A stretch of 20,000 nt of DNA from an uncultured virus (IMG/VR IMGVR_UViG_3300032213_000694) (Duplodnaviria; Heunggongvirae; Uroviricota; Caudoviricetes; Crassvirales): positions 46,518-66,517 of IMG/VR virus record IMGVR_UViG_3300032213_000694, one strand, 5' to 3'. Shown piece by piece: positions 1 to 8,381 of this stretch. A model generated the notes under the pieces. That model made no database searches. It was given only the letters and a program-made list of their open reading frames with translations, and was not told where the DNA came from. Each line of letters begins with the position of its first letter. Position 1 is the first letter of the stretch. The translations under genes and the position numbers were made by a program.

Positions 1-728
1 GGATTACTTTCCATAGAGGATGTCTTAAGCAAACCTCTAGTTCCTAAATTAGATAATACATCATAAGTTGCTACCTTAAATTTATCGGCAGCTAAATCGT
101 AGTTAACTATTTCATCTTGGAACTTATCATATCTAGCTACAATGCCAGGAGTTGATTCAGTACCTTCAATAACCTCTTGTGTGACAGGATCTATCTTAGC
201 AAACATTAATCGCTTGTCTTTAATAATAGGAGATGTGTTTTCTAAATCTCCTGTTTGCAAAAATATTTCATTAAAATATCTTCCCAATGGAGATTGTTTT
301 TCAGCATCTGCAATTATTCTTTGTTCTGCACTAGCATAACCATCAATAGAAGACTTTAAATCGTTTACATCTTGAACTAGATTTTCTCTCTCAATCTTAG
401 CATCCATTTTAGATATTTGGCCCGACTTTTGTAGATTCTCTAATTCTTGTAATCTATTAGCTATTCCATCTACTGCTTTGAATTTAATCTCCTTTATAGT
501 AGGTGCAGACACAGCTTTAAACCCAGACCGAAGAGGAGCCATAGCTTTTTCAGTTTCTGAAGCTAATAACAAATCTTGTTTCTCTTGGAGTTTTTCTTGT
601 TGCAATAAAGCCTTTTCATCCTCAACTCTTTTTCTTTCTTGCAAATCAATAACATTGGAAACTAATCCAGTGCCGATTTTACCAAAATCAATTGGTTGGG
701 TTGCTACATATCCTGCGTATTCTGCCAT
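1..728 (-). CDS. Partial ORF (at least 242 aa, 3' end beyond the left edge); probable internal virion/cargo (ejection) protein
   Basis: Translated by hand. ATG at 728, 2 nt after the TAA of the upstream gene, reading MAEYAGYVATQPIDFGKIGTGLVSNVIDLQERKRVEDEKALLQQEKLQEKQ with no stop to the window edge. Helical/coiled-coil composition and position after the ejection-like gene. Absent from the ORF track because it has no stop in the window. Confidence 0.8.
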   Translation of the reverse strand, partial: MAEYAGYVATQPIDFGKIGTGLVSNVIDLQERKRVEDEKALLQQEKLQEKQDLLLASETEKAMAPLRSGFKAVSAPTIKEIKFKAVDGIANRLQELENLQKSGQISKMDAKIERENLVQDVNDLKSSIDGYASAEQRIIADAEKQSPLGRYFNEIFLQTGDLENTSPIIKDKRLMFAKIDPVTQEVIEGTESTPGIVARYDKFQDEIVNYDLAADKFKVATYDVLSNLGTRGLLKTSSMESN

Positions 729-730
729 AA

Positions 731-1423
731 TTATTGTCTTATTTTAGAGTATGGATTAGCATAGTATCCTGTTATACCACTAGGCATATTGAAATTCATG
801 GGAGTTGTATTCAATTGGTTTGAATAATCTTTTACTGATTGACCAAAAGCTGTATCTCCCAAAGTACCTTTGTTACCATAAATGTCTTTATATGATGCCA
901 ATGTTGCAATATCAGAAGCACCTTGTGCTAAACCGCCAACCCCCGCAGCAATATTACTAGCTCCTTCAGCAGCGGCAATCTGAGCCCCTTGAATTCTACT
1001 TTGTGCTAATGATGCTTCTCTGTTAGCTCTATTAGCTTCAATTTGCTGTGCATTTTGAGCTCTAGCTATATCACGTGCATATTGGGCTTCTTGTGCTTGT
1101 GCAGCTAATTGTAAATCTTGAGCTTGCGCTTGTTGATTTGCTGCAGTCAATCCTCCAAGAACAGTAGCTGCGCCACCCTCTTGTAATGCTTGTATATTAC
1201 TAGCTTGTCTTGCTTGCATATTTTGTTGAGCCAACTCAAGCCCTAATGTAGGAACTTGAATATCCGCAAATTTATTAGCTTCATTAATGGCTGCAAATTG
1301 TTGGGCAGCCTTACTAGCCGCATTACTAGCATCTGTTCTTGCTTTTTGCCCTTGGTATATCTGGTAGCCAGAACCTAAGGCAGATATTCCTAAACCTATA
1401 GCGGCAGCTGTTCCTATTCCCAT
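731..1423 (-). CDS. Ala/Gln-rich internal virion (ejection/pilot) protein, analogous to T7 gp14 / P22 gp7
   Basis: 230 aa with a Gly/Ala-rich hydrophobic N-terminus (MGIGTAAAIGLGISALGSGYQIYQG), a long A/Q-rich helical middle and a second small-residue hydrophobic stretch (IAAGVGGLA). Lies directly after the tail and GNAT-like genes. Confidence 0.65.
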   Translation of the reverse strand: MGIGTAAAIGLGISALGSGYQIYQGQKARTDASNAASKAAQQFAAINEANKFADIQVPTLGLELAQQNMQARQASNIQALQEGGAATVLGGLTAANQQAQAQDLQLAAQAQEAQYARDIARAQNAQQIEANRANREASLAQSRIQGAQIAAAEGASNIAAGVGGLAQGASDIATLASYKDIYGNKGTLGDTAFGQSVKDYSNQLNTTPMNFNMPSGITGYYANPYSKIRQ

Positions 1424-1424
1424 G

Positions 1425-1832
1425 TTATAATAATTTTATCATTTCGGTACATCCTTCTTGCGTTTTAATAAATCCGCAATTTTCGTATTTATCTATTAAG
1501 CTCTTATTGCGTAAAACAGTCCAAACAGCTTTGTGTCCTGAGTTTTTACACACAACAGAAATAGATTCAATTAAAAATTCAATTGCTTCTTTTCTGTCTT
1601 CTTCTTTATATTCAAAATTGGATATAATAAACTCACAAAAAGCAATACCTGAATTGGTTAAATAAGCAAAACCTGCACAAATATTTATGTCTCCTTTCGA
1701 AACCATAAATCCTCCTACCCCATTATTCGGTAACATTTCTTTTGCCGGGGCCTCCCATCTCCAATCTTCCCACCACTTAACCAATGTTTCATCGTAGTCA
1801 CTTTCGTTTAGTAACCTTATATTAAATTCCAT
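1425..1832 (-). CDS. GNAT-fold (acetyltransferase-like) virion assembly protein
   Basis: 135 aa with a GNAT-like pattern: N-terminal IRLL..SDY, beta-strands GFMVSKGDINICAGFAY, and C-terminal LIDKYENCGF (resembling the Y-x2-GF motif). Same position as T7 gp13 / P22 gp14. Confidence 0.65.
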   Translation of the reverse strand: MEFNIRLLNESDYDETLVKWWEDWRWEAPAKEMLPNNGVGGFMVSKGDINICAGFAYLTNSGIAFCEFIISNFEYKEEDRKEAIEFLIESISVVCKNSGHKAVWTVLRNKSLIDKYENCGFIKTQEGCTEMIKLL

Positions 1833-1836
1833 TCTA

Positions 1837-1844
1837 CAAATATA
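1837..1844 (-). promoter_or_regulatory. Bacteroidota-type -7 promoter box TATATTTG
   Basis: Matches TAnnTTTG in a 21-nt intergenic gap, 4 nt before the ATG at 1832. Confidence 0.65.
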
Positions 1845-1853
1845 ATTAAATTA

Positions 1854-2582
1854 TCAAGGATAACTCTTAAATACATCAGAAGTTACCATATACATTTCAG
1901 TATAATCTGTATCGTTATTTGTAAATTCCACGCTTAAGTAAGTTCCTCTTGTTGGGCTTGATTCTGCAACCGGGCTTTTTTCGTAAAGAATAAATCTACC
2001 ATTTGTTGGTGCGGTGCCTGTCACACTCACGGTTACTGTATTTGCAGTATGTGCAGTAATTGGTCCAATGCGTGTAAGCACGCCTGCGTTTACCCAATAA
2101 AGAATATCTCCTGTGCTAATTATATCGCCTATATTAAAAGCAAATGTCAACACACCTGCCGCATAAGTAGTCACATTTCCTATGCCTTGAACAGAGGTCA
2201 TGGATACATCATTAGCAGACAATTCAGTCCTTCTAATATACCCATACCATGTGCCTTCTTTTAAGTCATACCAATCTGCATCAATGTAACCTTCTCCTTG
2301 ATCAGATAAAATATCTGTTTCCCAAGCAGTAGTTGAATTAGTAGCTATGGTTTTAAATGACTTTGTTTGAGACGGTTCAGTATTAAAAATGGTAGTTATT
2401 TTAGATGGGTATAATACACCATAATAGCTATTTCTAGTTACATTGGAATTATGCTTATATAAATTACCGTTCTTAAATGTGTACAAATAATTATTCATAG
2501 ACACCATCCACTCAGGTAAATATGAGTGGTATGATGTCCATCCTGATAATCTCGGAGAATATGTTATTGTATAGTTAGCCAT
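1854..2582 (-). CDS. Tail protein; probably the C-terminal part of the muzzle/stabilisation protein, encoded separately
   Basis: 242 aa. Begins YTITYSPRLSGWTSYHSYLPEWM..MNNYLYTFKNGNLYKHN and contains FNTEPSQTKSFKTI, KEGTWY and RGTYLSVEF, which I recall from the C-terminal part of crAss-like stabilisation proteins. Confidence 0.7.
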   Translation of the reverse strand: MANYTITYSPRLSGWTSYHSYLPEWMVSMNNYLYTFKNGNLYKHNSNVTRNSYYGVLYPSKITTIFNTEPSQTKSFKTIATNSTTAWETDILSDQGEGYIDADWYDLKEGTWYGYIRRTELSANDVSMTSVQGIGNVTTYAAGVLTFAFNIGDIISTGDILYWVNAGVLTRIGPITAHTANTVTVSVTGTAPTNGRFILYEKSPVAESSPTRGTYLSVEFTNNDTDYTEMYMVTSDVFKSYP

Positions 2583-2589
2583 ATGCTTA

Positions 2590-2619
2590 CAAATTTACTT
2601 ATTTTAATATTACGGACAA
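2590..2619 (-). promoter_or_regulatory. Bacteroidota sigma-A promoter TTG-N19-TAAATTTG
   Basis: Minus strand reads TTG tccgtaatattaaaataag TAAATTTG taagcat ATG. Both the -33 and -7 elements are present at the canonical 19-nt spacing, 7 nt before the ATG at 2582. Confidence 0.7.
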
Positions 2620-5600
2620 CTATAGAACGATGTAATTTGAATTGAGCCATTGTATGCAGGCGGAGGTGAGCTTTGTGTAAGCGTAGCTCCTGTGTAAGTG
2701 TAGAATACAGGACTCATACTAGGCAACACATATCTCCTACCTACAGATCCTGGAACTATCGTAGTGTATGCAATGCCAACACCAGGAGAACATTCAGCTA
2801 ACTCATAATAAGTTGTCAGTGTAGGACATCCTGTCAATCCTGTATCTGTAATTGATATTAACGTTCCACCAGGGCTTGATCCCAACACGCTAGTTACAGT
2901 GTAAGTAGACCCACCTGATTCAACTCTATCATTTACAGCAAATGTGCCTATCGCATATGCTTGAGAGTTAGCAGTAGCTCCATCAGAGCATCTATACAAT
3001 GCATACCAATCAAACGTAGGGCCAGGACAACCTGTACTTCCTGTTGTGACAATTGGTAATAATGTTCCAACAGGTGCCGTATTAAGAATGTTTGTAATAG
3101 TATATGTAGCACTACCAGAAGTTACTCTTTCGTTCAAGTCAAATGCATTTTGTGCATATTGCTGAGAATAAGCAACAGCAAGCGTAGTGCAATTTAATAA
3201 TTGATACCAATCATACACGACTGGTTTAGTAGCTTGTGTAACAGGTATTGTGATATTACCTGAGCAACCCGACACAGTTATATTTAAGTTACGTGGAGAA
3301 CCTAAATTCTCTAAAACCTCAACATATATCAATTGGTTATTTGACCCAAATCTATCACTAACAGTCAACCAACTATTAGTAGGCACTGTTATTGACCAAT
3401 CTGTATTAGATTGAATATAGAATGATTTCTTTTGTGTTGTACCGTTAAACGATAAGCTAGTAGGCGTTACTGAAATAGAACAATTTTTAATCTTTCTATT
3501 ATTATCTACAGCTAAAACATAATGCTCGAAGTATGGATCAAACATGCCCAGTTTTACCGTGTTGGTATCTAGGTTCGCCTTAAACCAGTTCTTCATACCT
3601 TGAGATGATATCTCAAACAATCCATTAGGTTGTAATGCCATTACAGCACCACGTCTAGCATCTGTGAAGAACAAATCATTACCCCACTTAGTAAAACTCT
3701 CTGGGTTTAAACTAATACCATACTCGCCTTCATAAGAAATCTGAGTACCCAATACCTCAGGGATGGATGCAACAACGCCTCCACCTGTAGAGTCACTCAA
3801 TAAATTCTTACCATAAAGAACCTTAGAAACCTTATTTTCTTGTAATACAATTAAATCTGTGTCACGAGAGAATAACTTTTGAATAGATCCAAAAAATCTA
3901 TCTAAGTATTTAAAGTTACCAAGTGATAAGTTAAACTCATTCAGCCTATTAATTGCAGTTGTTTCAGTATAAATACCACTGTAAGTTAATGCTTGAACAA
4001 CTGTTTGCTCTTCGTACCCTTCAATAGTTGAGTTAGCACGTGGACTGAATTGCATTGTTGCTGAATTAAAGTCGTCTCTAATTCTAAAACTTTCTACTCC
4101 ATTACCAAATGAGAATGCGTTGAAATCGGCATTAAAGTTAAACGTATTTAAATCTATTATCGCCGGAGCACCCAATGCAATATTCTGATTGTCAACATTT
4201 CCATAGTGATTGCCATCGATAATAGGATACGTTTGTGAAAGCTCATAATATATATCTTGGTTAGTGTCTATTGGGACTGTTTCAAACAAAGATGGGAACT
4301 CAGACTGCTGTAATGAAAACTGTGTATCAATAGCAGGCTCAACTCCTCCTTGGAATGAATAAAAATACATGTACACAGGGTACGTCAGTGTACTTGGGGC
4401 AATCGTTGATCCTTGTGATATAAGACCTGGTCTACCAGTAGAAACTAATACTCCACGTCTAAAGCAAACATTCTTAGGCCCAATACTTTGGTCTGATTCA
4501 TCTAAAGCAATCCATTTCTGATATGCTCCATCTTCAATAAACCACTCCTCAATATTTACGTAATCTTTTGTTGATATAAACGTTTGGGTAATCCATTGAT
4601 TAGTTCCGTTAGTCTCCTTGTATTTAAACGTCAAAATAGCACCAGCATTAATAGGTCTATCTTGATTATTACCAGGTGATGGACTCCATCCATCTAAAGT
4701 AAAAAATACGCCAGGTACAGGAGTGCTATGGTCAATAAGTCCTCCAAATATATTTAAACATACATTTTCTAAATTACCTCTACAATTAACAACCCAATAA
4801 TCTTTTGTTCTGTGACCTGTGTTTGACAAGAATCTAATAGAACAAGTACTACCTGAATAAGTTAGCGTTTGGTCTGCAGCTGAGTTAATAGTAATTCCAC
4901 TAGCAACTAATACTTTATAGTTGCCATCATATGAAACATAATACTTAAATGTATCAGCTATACCTGATGTAGAGTCAATCTCAACATAGAACCTAGCATC
5001 ATTTGCTCCTGTGTAAGCATTGCTTGCTCCTACTATCATATCGTTGATACCAACCCCATAAAATATAGCGTTCTCAGCAACATTAAATCTATTCGTAACT
5101 AGTGTGCTAGGTGGATCTTCTCCACCGCCAACATTGTAATCGTAGAAGTATGTAATAGGAGGCAATACAGATGACTCTATCTTAATTCTAAAGTATACAC
5201 CAGCAGGCTGATTTGAATCAGCACTATTTAAGAAGTTTGCATTCTTAGATTGAATATCTAATATCTTATACTGTTCATTAGTATTAGTTGTTGCGCTCTT
5301 AAGATATACGTAAGAACCAACAGATATTTTATCTTGGTCTGCTTGGTTAATTAAGAACCACTTGAATTGCCCGTCTTCAAAATAAGTCAATGGGAATACG
5401 TTGTAGTATTCTTGCTTATCTTGCTTAATTACAAATCTGTAATGAGTTGCAAAAGAAGGTGGTTCATAAGTACCATTAATAGTTACACGGATATTATTTC
5501 CAGTGATAGCATTTGATGCAGGAATATAAATTGTGTTAGTATTCTCTGTTGGTGTAATTACAGTAGTCATTCTACCATAATCATCCAAATAAACAATACC

Positions 5601-6746
5601 AATCTCGTAGTCTCTATTACTCTTAAATGTAGGAGTAGGAGTTCCACTTGTAATAGATTGCGTTACTAATGATAATGAGAAAGCTGGGTTAATTGGCTCC
5701 TTATTATCCTTTAATAAATTAAAGAACTGAGTATAATTACCATACACCAATCTGCTACCAATTAATTCTTGAGACTTCGCCTTAATTGGAACGTTGTCAA
5801 AAAGTCTATTTAATTGCTCAACAGGAAGTAACGTGAATACTTTATTGTTTTTAAACTTAAAAGAATACTCTGTGTTGTCGTCATAATTATTTAGCTCTTT
5901 AACTAAACTATCAATTATGTATGTGTTGGTACTTTGAGTATCTCTAAATACTAATTGAATTTCTTTTACGTTCTTTGACCCAGAGTTAAAAGTTATATCT
6001 GCTGTGTTAAAGTTATTAACCATCGATATATTCTCTGATACTCCATAGTCGTAAGCATATTCTTTTGGGAAAAATGCTACAGGAGAGAATGGAGACAAAG
6101 CACTGTACTCATTATCCAAATACTTGTATCTGTAAGAAAAGTAAAGAAACTTATTCTCTAAGTTATTGGCCTCTCCTTCTGAATATAAATTAATTGTAGG
6201 AGCCTCTAATGGAGGAGCCAAGATAACATTTATGTCAGCCTGAGTAAAACCATTGATTGCATAGTTCTTGGCACGATCAACATTAATCCTACGTGGAGGA
6301 TTTAAGTTGTCAGTCCAAAAAAGAAGACCGTTGATATAATTGATACCTGTTACGAAATACTCCTTGTTAAAGCCAAGCAATGAAGGCGTAGTTGGTGTTG
6401 ATTTAGTAGCCCGAAGTACAGGTGTTGTTACATTTAATGTTTCGTTATACTCGTAAACAGCATCCAAAGTGTCTGATGCTACTAACCAATAAATTGTATT
6501 GTTAGCTTCGACAGCAAGTGATCCGATACAAGTTGCATTAGTTAAATTGTAGTTAGTCCCTTTTAATATATTACCCAAGTAATTTTGAGCAACTCCATTA
6601 CGTGAGCCGTCTTCTTCGACAAATGCTCCGTCAGAATCGCCAACAATAATATTAAGCGCATCTCTATATGTGCCATCAGGTAAAAAGTGAGGGTCAAGAT
6701 CTTTATTCATGACCCCCGAAAGGAAATTTCTTTGAAGTTCTATCAT
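2610..6746 (-). CDS. Tail muzzle/stabilisation protein (P22 gp10 / T7 gp12-like; crAss-like) with C-terminal BACON-like domain and three Cys-bracketed repeats
   Basis: 1378 aa. Motifs typical of crAss-like stabilisation proteins: NFLSGVMNKDLDPHFLPDGTYRDALNI, LLFWTDNLNPPRRIN, FSYRYKYLDNEYSALSPFS, RLVYGNY, YEIGIVYLDDYGR, GSIQKL, YGISLNPESF, FFTDARRGAV. Follows the ring-protein genes. Confidence 0.85.
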   Translation of the reverse strand: MIELQRNFLSGVMNKDLDPHFLPDGTYRDALNIIVGDSDGAFVEEDGSRNGVAQNYLGNILKGTNYNLTNATCIGSLAVEANNTIYWLVASDTLDAVYEYNETLNVTTPVLRATKSTPTTPSLLGFNKEYFVTGINYINGLLFWTDNLNPPRRINVDRAKNYAINGFTQADINVILAPPLEAPTINLYSEGEANNLENKFLYFSYRYKYLDNEYSALSPFSPVAFFPKEYAYDYGVSENISMVNNFNTADITFNSGSKNVKEIQLVFRDTQSTNTYIIDSLVKELNNYDDNTEYSFKFKNNKVFTLLPVEQLNRLFDNVPIKAKSQELIGSRLVYGNYTQFFNLLKDNKEPINPAFSLSLVTQSITSGTPTPTFKSNRDYEIGIVYLDDYGRMTTVITPTENTNTIYIPASNAITGNNIRVTINGTYEPPSFATHYRFVIKQDKQEYYNVFPLTYFEDGQFKWFLINQADQDKISVGSYVYLKSATTNTNEQYKILDIQSKNANFLNSADSNQPAGVYFRIKIESSVLPPITYFYDYNVGGGEDPPSTLVTNRFNVAENAIFYGVGINDMIVGASNAYTGANDARFYVEIDSTSGIADTFKYYVSYDGNYKVLVASGITINSAADQTLTYSGSTCSIRFLSNTGHRTKDYWVVNCRGNLENVCLNIFGGLIDHSTPVPGVFFTLDGWSPSPGNNQDRPINAGAILTFKYKETNGTNQWITQTFISTKDYVNIEEWFIEDGAYQKWIALDESDQSIGPKNVCFRRGVLVSTGRPGLISQGSTIAPSTLTYPVYMYFYSFQGGVEPAIDTQFSLQQSEFPSLFETVPIDTNQDIYYELSQTYPIIDGNHYGNVDNQNIALGAPAIIDLNTFNFNADFNAFSFGNGVESFRIRDDFNSATMQFSPRANSTIEGYEEQTVVQALTYSGIYTETTAINRLNEFNLSLGNFKYLDRFFGSIQKLFSRDTDLIVLQENKVSKVLYGKNLLSDSTGGGVVASIPEVLGTQISYEGEYGISLNPESFTKWGNDLFFTDARRGAVMALQPNGLFEISSQGMKNWFKANLDTNTVKLGMFDPYFEHYVLAVDNNRKIKNCSISVTPTSLSFNGTTQKKSFYIQSNTDWSITVPTNSWLTVSDRFGSNNQLIYVEVLENLGSPRNLNITVSGCSGNITIPVTQATKPVVYDWYQLLNCTTLAVAYSQQYAQNAFDLNERVTSGSATYTITNILNTAPVGTLLPIVTTGSTGCPGPTFDWYALYRCSDGATANSQAYAIGTFAVNDRVESGGSTYTVTSVLGSSPGGTLISITDTGLTGCPTLTTYYELAECSPGVGIAYTTIVPGSVGRRYVLPSMSPVFYTYTGATLTQSSPPPAYNGSIQITSFYSCP
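2613..3215 (-). repeat. Three tandem ~64-aa protein repeats, (D/T)(W/Y)Y-x-L-x2-C ... (T)GCP/SCP
   Basis: Repeat 1 at 3024-3215 (YDWYQLLNC...FDLNERVTSGSATYTITNIL...TGSTGCP). Repeat 2 at 2823-3014 (FDWYALYRC...FAVNDRVESGGSTYTVTSVL...TGLTGCP). Diverged repeat 3 at about 2613-2815 (TTYYELAEC...TSFYSCP). Confidence 0.85.
3231..3482 (-). other. BACON-like Ig-fold domain within the muzzle protein
   Basis: SISVTPTSLSF...FYIQSNTDWSIT...SWLTVS...GSNN...VEVLEN...PR...ITV...IPVTQ carries the BACON signature: W, WL, N-x4-R and terminal V-x-Q. Confidence 0.8.
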
Positions 6747-7643
6747 TTACTTAATCCACTTAGATTGGCCTCTCATGCTCATCAATAAGCGACCTGGGTG
6801 TAAATTACTTAATCTAATCTTTGTGTTTCTCCAATTAGAAACCTTTTCTTTGCGAGCTCTGTTAATAACATACTCAGGCTGATTTGCTTTGGTATTTAAA
6901 ATAGCCCACTTAATATATGAGTATATATATTCTTCTGCTAACTTATTGATAACGATTTTGCTGTCGTCACCTGGATACAAACCATCTGAAATATATTCAA
7001 CTACAACAGATTGATTAAACATTCCTGAGCTAAAGTTAATAACTCCAGCTACCTTATCAACTCTGAATGATGGATTAACATTAGCTACCTCTGTATTTAA
7101 ACCATAAGCAGCACCAAATCCCCAAGTGAAATACCACAATCCATCTACGTACCATCCCCACTGGTTATTGAATGGACAAACCATATAGCTTTCTCCGTCG
7201 ATACGAGACAAATCTAACTTTGATGTTCCTTGTAATGCATTGCCTTGGTCATCAAATAAGATTTGATATTCGTCATCCTGCAAGAATTCAATAGCTGTGT
7301 TTGCTTGAGGGTTTTCGTACATTGGGTACAAATTACCTCCCCAGAATAAAGAAACACGAACGTAGTTCACATAATCGGGAGGCAATACAAATTTCAAGTC
7401 ATGTCCAACTTCTAATTGCAAGGCGTTAACTTGGCGATTTCCATCATAGTTTAACTCCTGTACCGCTCTTTTAGCATGGAACAAAATCTTATATCTGTTG
7501 ATATTATTCAACAAGTCACCGTCATCAGTATACATTAAGATGAAGTTATTCACAACATCTCCTAATGTTACATTCTGATACGATCCCCAATTGGCATCGG
7601 TAGGGGTGACCCCGTCATTGGTGTAATATTCTTCCTGATTCAT
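6747..7643 (-). CDS. Tail ring/adaptor (tubular) protein, P22 gp4-like
   Basis: 298 aa with ILFHAKRAVQELNYD, LPPDYVNYVRVS, VVEYISDG and AEEYIYSYI, the helix / LP-x-D / helix pattern of adaptor proteins. Immediately precedes the muzzle gene; TAATG-coupled to the upstream gene. Confidence 0.7.
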   Translation of the reverse strand: MNQEEYYTNDGVTPTDANWGSYQNVTLGDVVNNFILMYTDDGDLLNNINRYKILFHAKRAVQELNYDGNRQVNALQLEVGHDLKFVLPPDYVNYVRVSLFWGGNLYPMYENPQANTAIEFLQDDEYQILFDDQGNALQGTSKLDLSRIDGESYMVCPFNNQWGWYVDGLWYFTWGFGAAYGLNTEVANVNPSFRVDKVAGVINFSSGMFNQSVVVEYISDGLYPGDDSKIVINKLAEEYIYSYIKWAILNTKANQPEYVINRARKEKVSNWRNTKIRLSNLHPGRLLMSMRGQSKWIK

Positions 7644-8335
7644 TATTGTTGTTTTTGATCAGTGTACGCTTCTTCTGATTTAGCTGCTTGTACCACATCG
7701 GCTTCTCTAATACTTACTCCTGCATATTGGCAAATCTTAACCACTAACTTAGGGAAATCAGATATAGCTAACTCAAAATCTTGATAGTCATTTGCTGATT
7801 GGTTAAATAAAGGGCTACCGTTTACTACTGTATAAGTCCACTTAGGGTCAGCTGGGTAGCGAACATAGTAGATATTAATATTATCAGTAATAGTAGTTGG
7901 ATATACAGTTATTTGATTCCCCTGCATAACGTATGTAGGGTATGTTTCTGTAGGTGCCGTTAAATTAGAATTAAGTAAATAGTATAACTTCTCTTGATTA
8001 ACGTGAGTTACTTCTTTCCCATTATAGTACAGTACATTTAATAAGAAAAAGTTTTCGGGCAATTCAAATTTATCGTCTGTGTTATTATAAACCAAGTCTG
8101 CATTCCTAGAAAAGAAATCAATTGTTTGGTCTATTTGCTTAGTAATATCTGAGTAGCCGCTAGTCTCCATGCCCTTCATATCCTTTATTTTGGACTGCTG
8201 AAAGTCAAAGAAGTATTGCATGAACAATTCTAACTGAGCCTGCTTTGCAAAGCTGTTGAATTCTTCTGGTGTAATAAACCCATTATTATCCTTATTGATA
8301 ATATTTAGGACAGTATTTCGTACGGAATTTATCAT
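7643..8335 (-). CDS. Tail ring/adaptor protein (second paralog)
   Basis: 230 aa with NKDNNGFITPEEFNSFAKQAQLELF, FELPENF, YYVRYPADPKW and DFEL, a pattern seen in crAss-like ring proteins downstream of the capsid gene. Confidence 0.65.
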   Translation of the reverse strand: MINSVRNTVLNIINKDNNGFITPEEFNSFAKQAQLELFMQYFFDFQQSKIKDMKGMETSGYSDITKQIDQTIDFFSRNADLVYNNTDDKFELPENFFLLNVLYYNGKEVTHVNQEKLYYLLNSNLTAPTETYPTYVMQGNQITVYPTTITDNINIYYVRYPADPKWTYTVVNGSPLFNQSANDYQDFELAISDFPKLVVKICQYAGVSIREADVVQAAKSEEAYTDQKQQ

Positions 8336-8340
8336 AATGA

Positions 8341-8348
8341 CAAAGATA
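8341..8348 (-). promoter_or_regulatory. Bacteroidota-type -7 promoter box TATCTTTG
   Basis: TAnnTTTG match 5 nt before the ATG at 8335, directly after a terminator U-tract. Confidence 0.7.
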
Positions 8349-8350
8349 AT

Positions 8351-8375
8351 AAAAAAAGGGCACTAGATGTGCCCT
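8351..8375 (-). terminator. Rho-independent terminator after the 248-aa gene
   Basis: Minus strand AGGGCAC-ATCTA-GTGCCCT followed by a T run (7 T including the stem end), starting 6 nt after the stop codon. Confidence 0.85.
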
Positions 8376-8381
8376 CTTAAT

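Noticed and set aside
2583..2612. Stop-codon read-through or recoding joining the 1378-aa and 242-aa ORFs (they are in the same frame, 27 nt apart)
   Set aside because: The stop is TAA, which is not a reassigned codon in crAss-like phages. The spacer contains further in-frame TAA codons and a full promoter, so two genes is the better reading.
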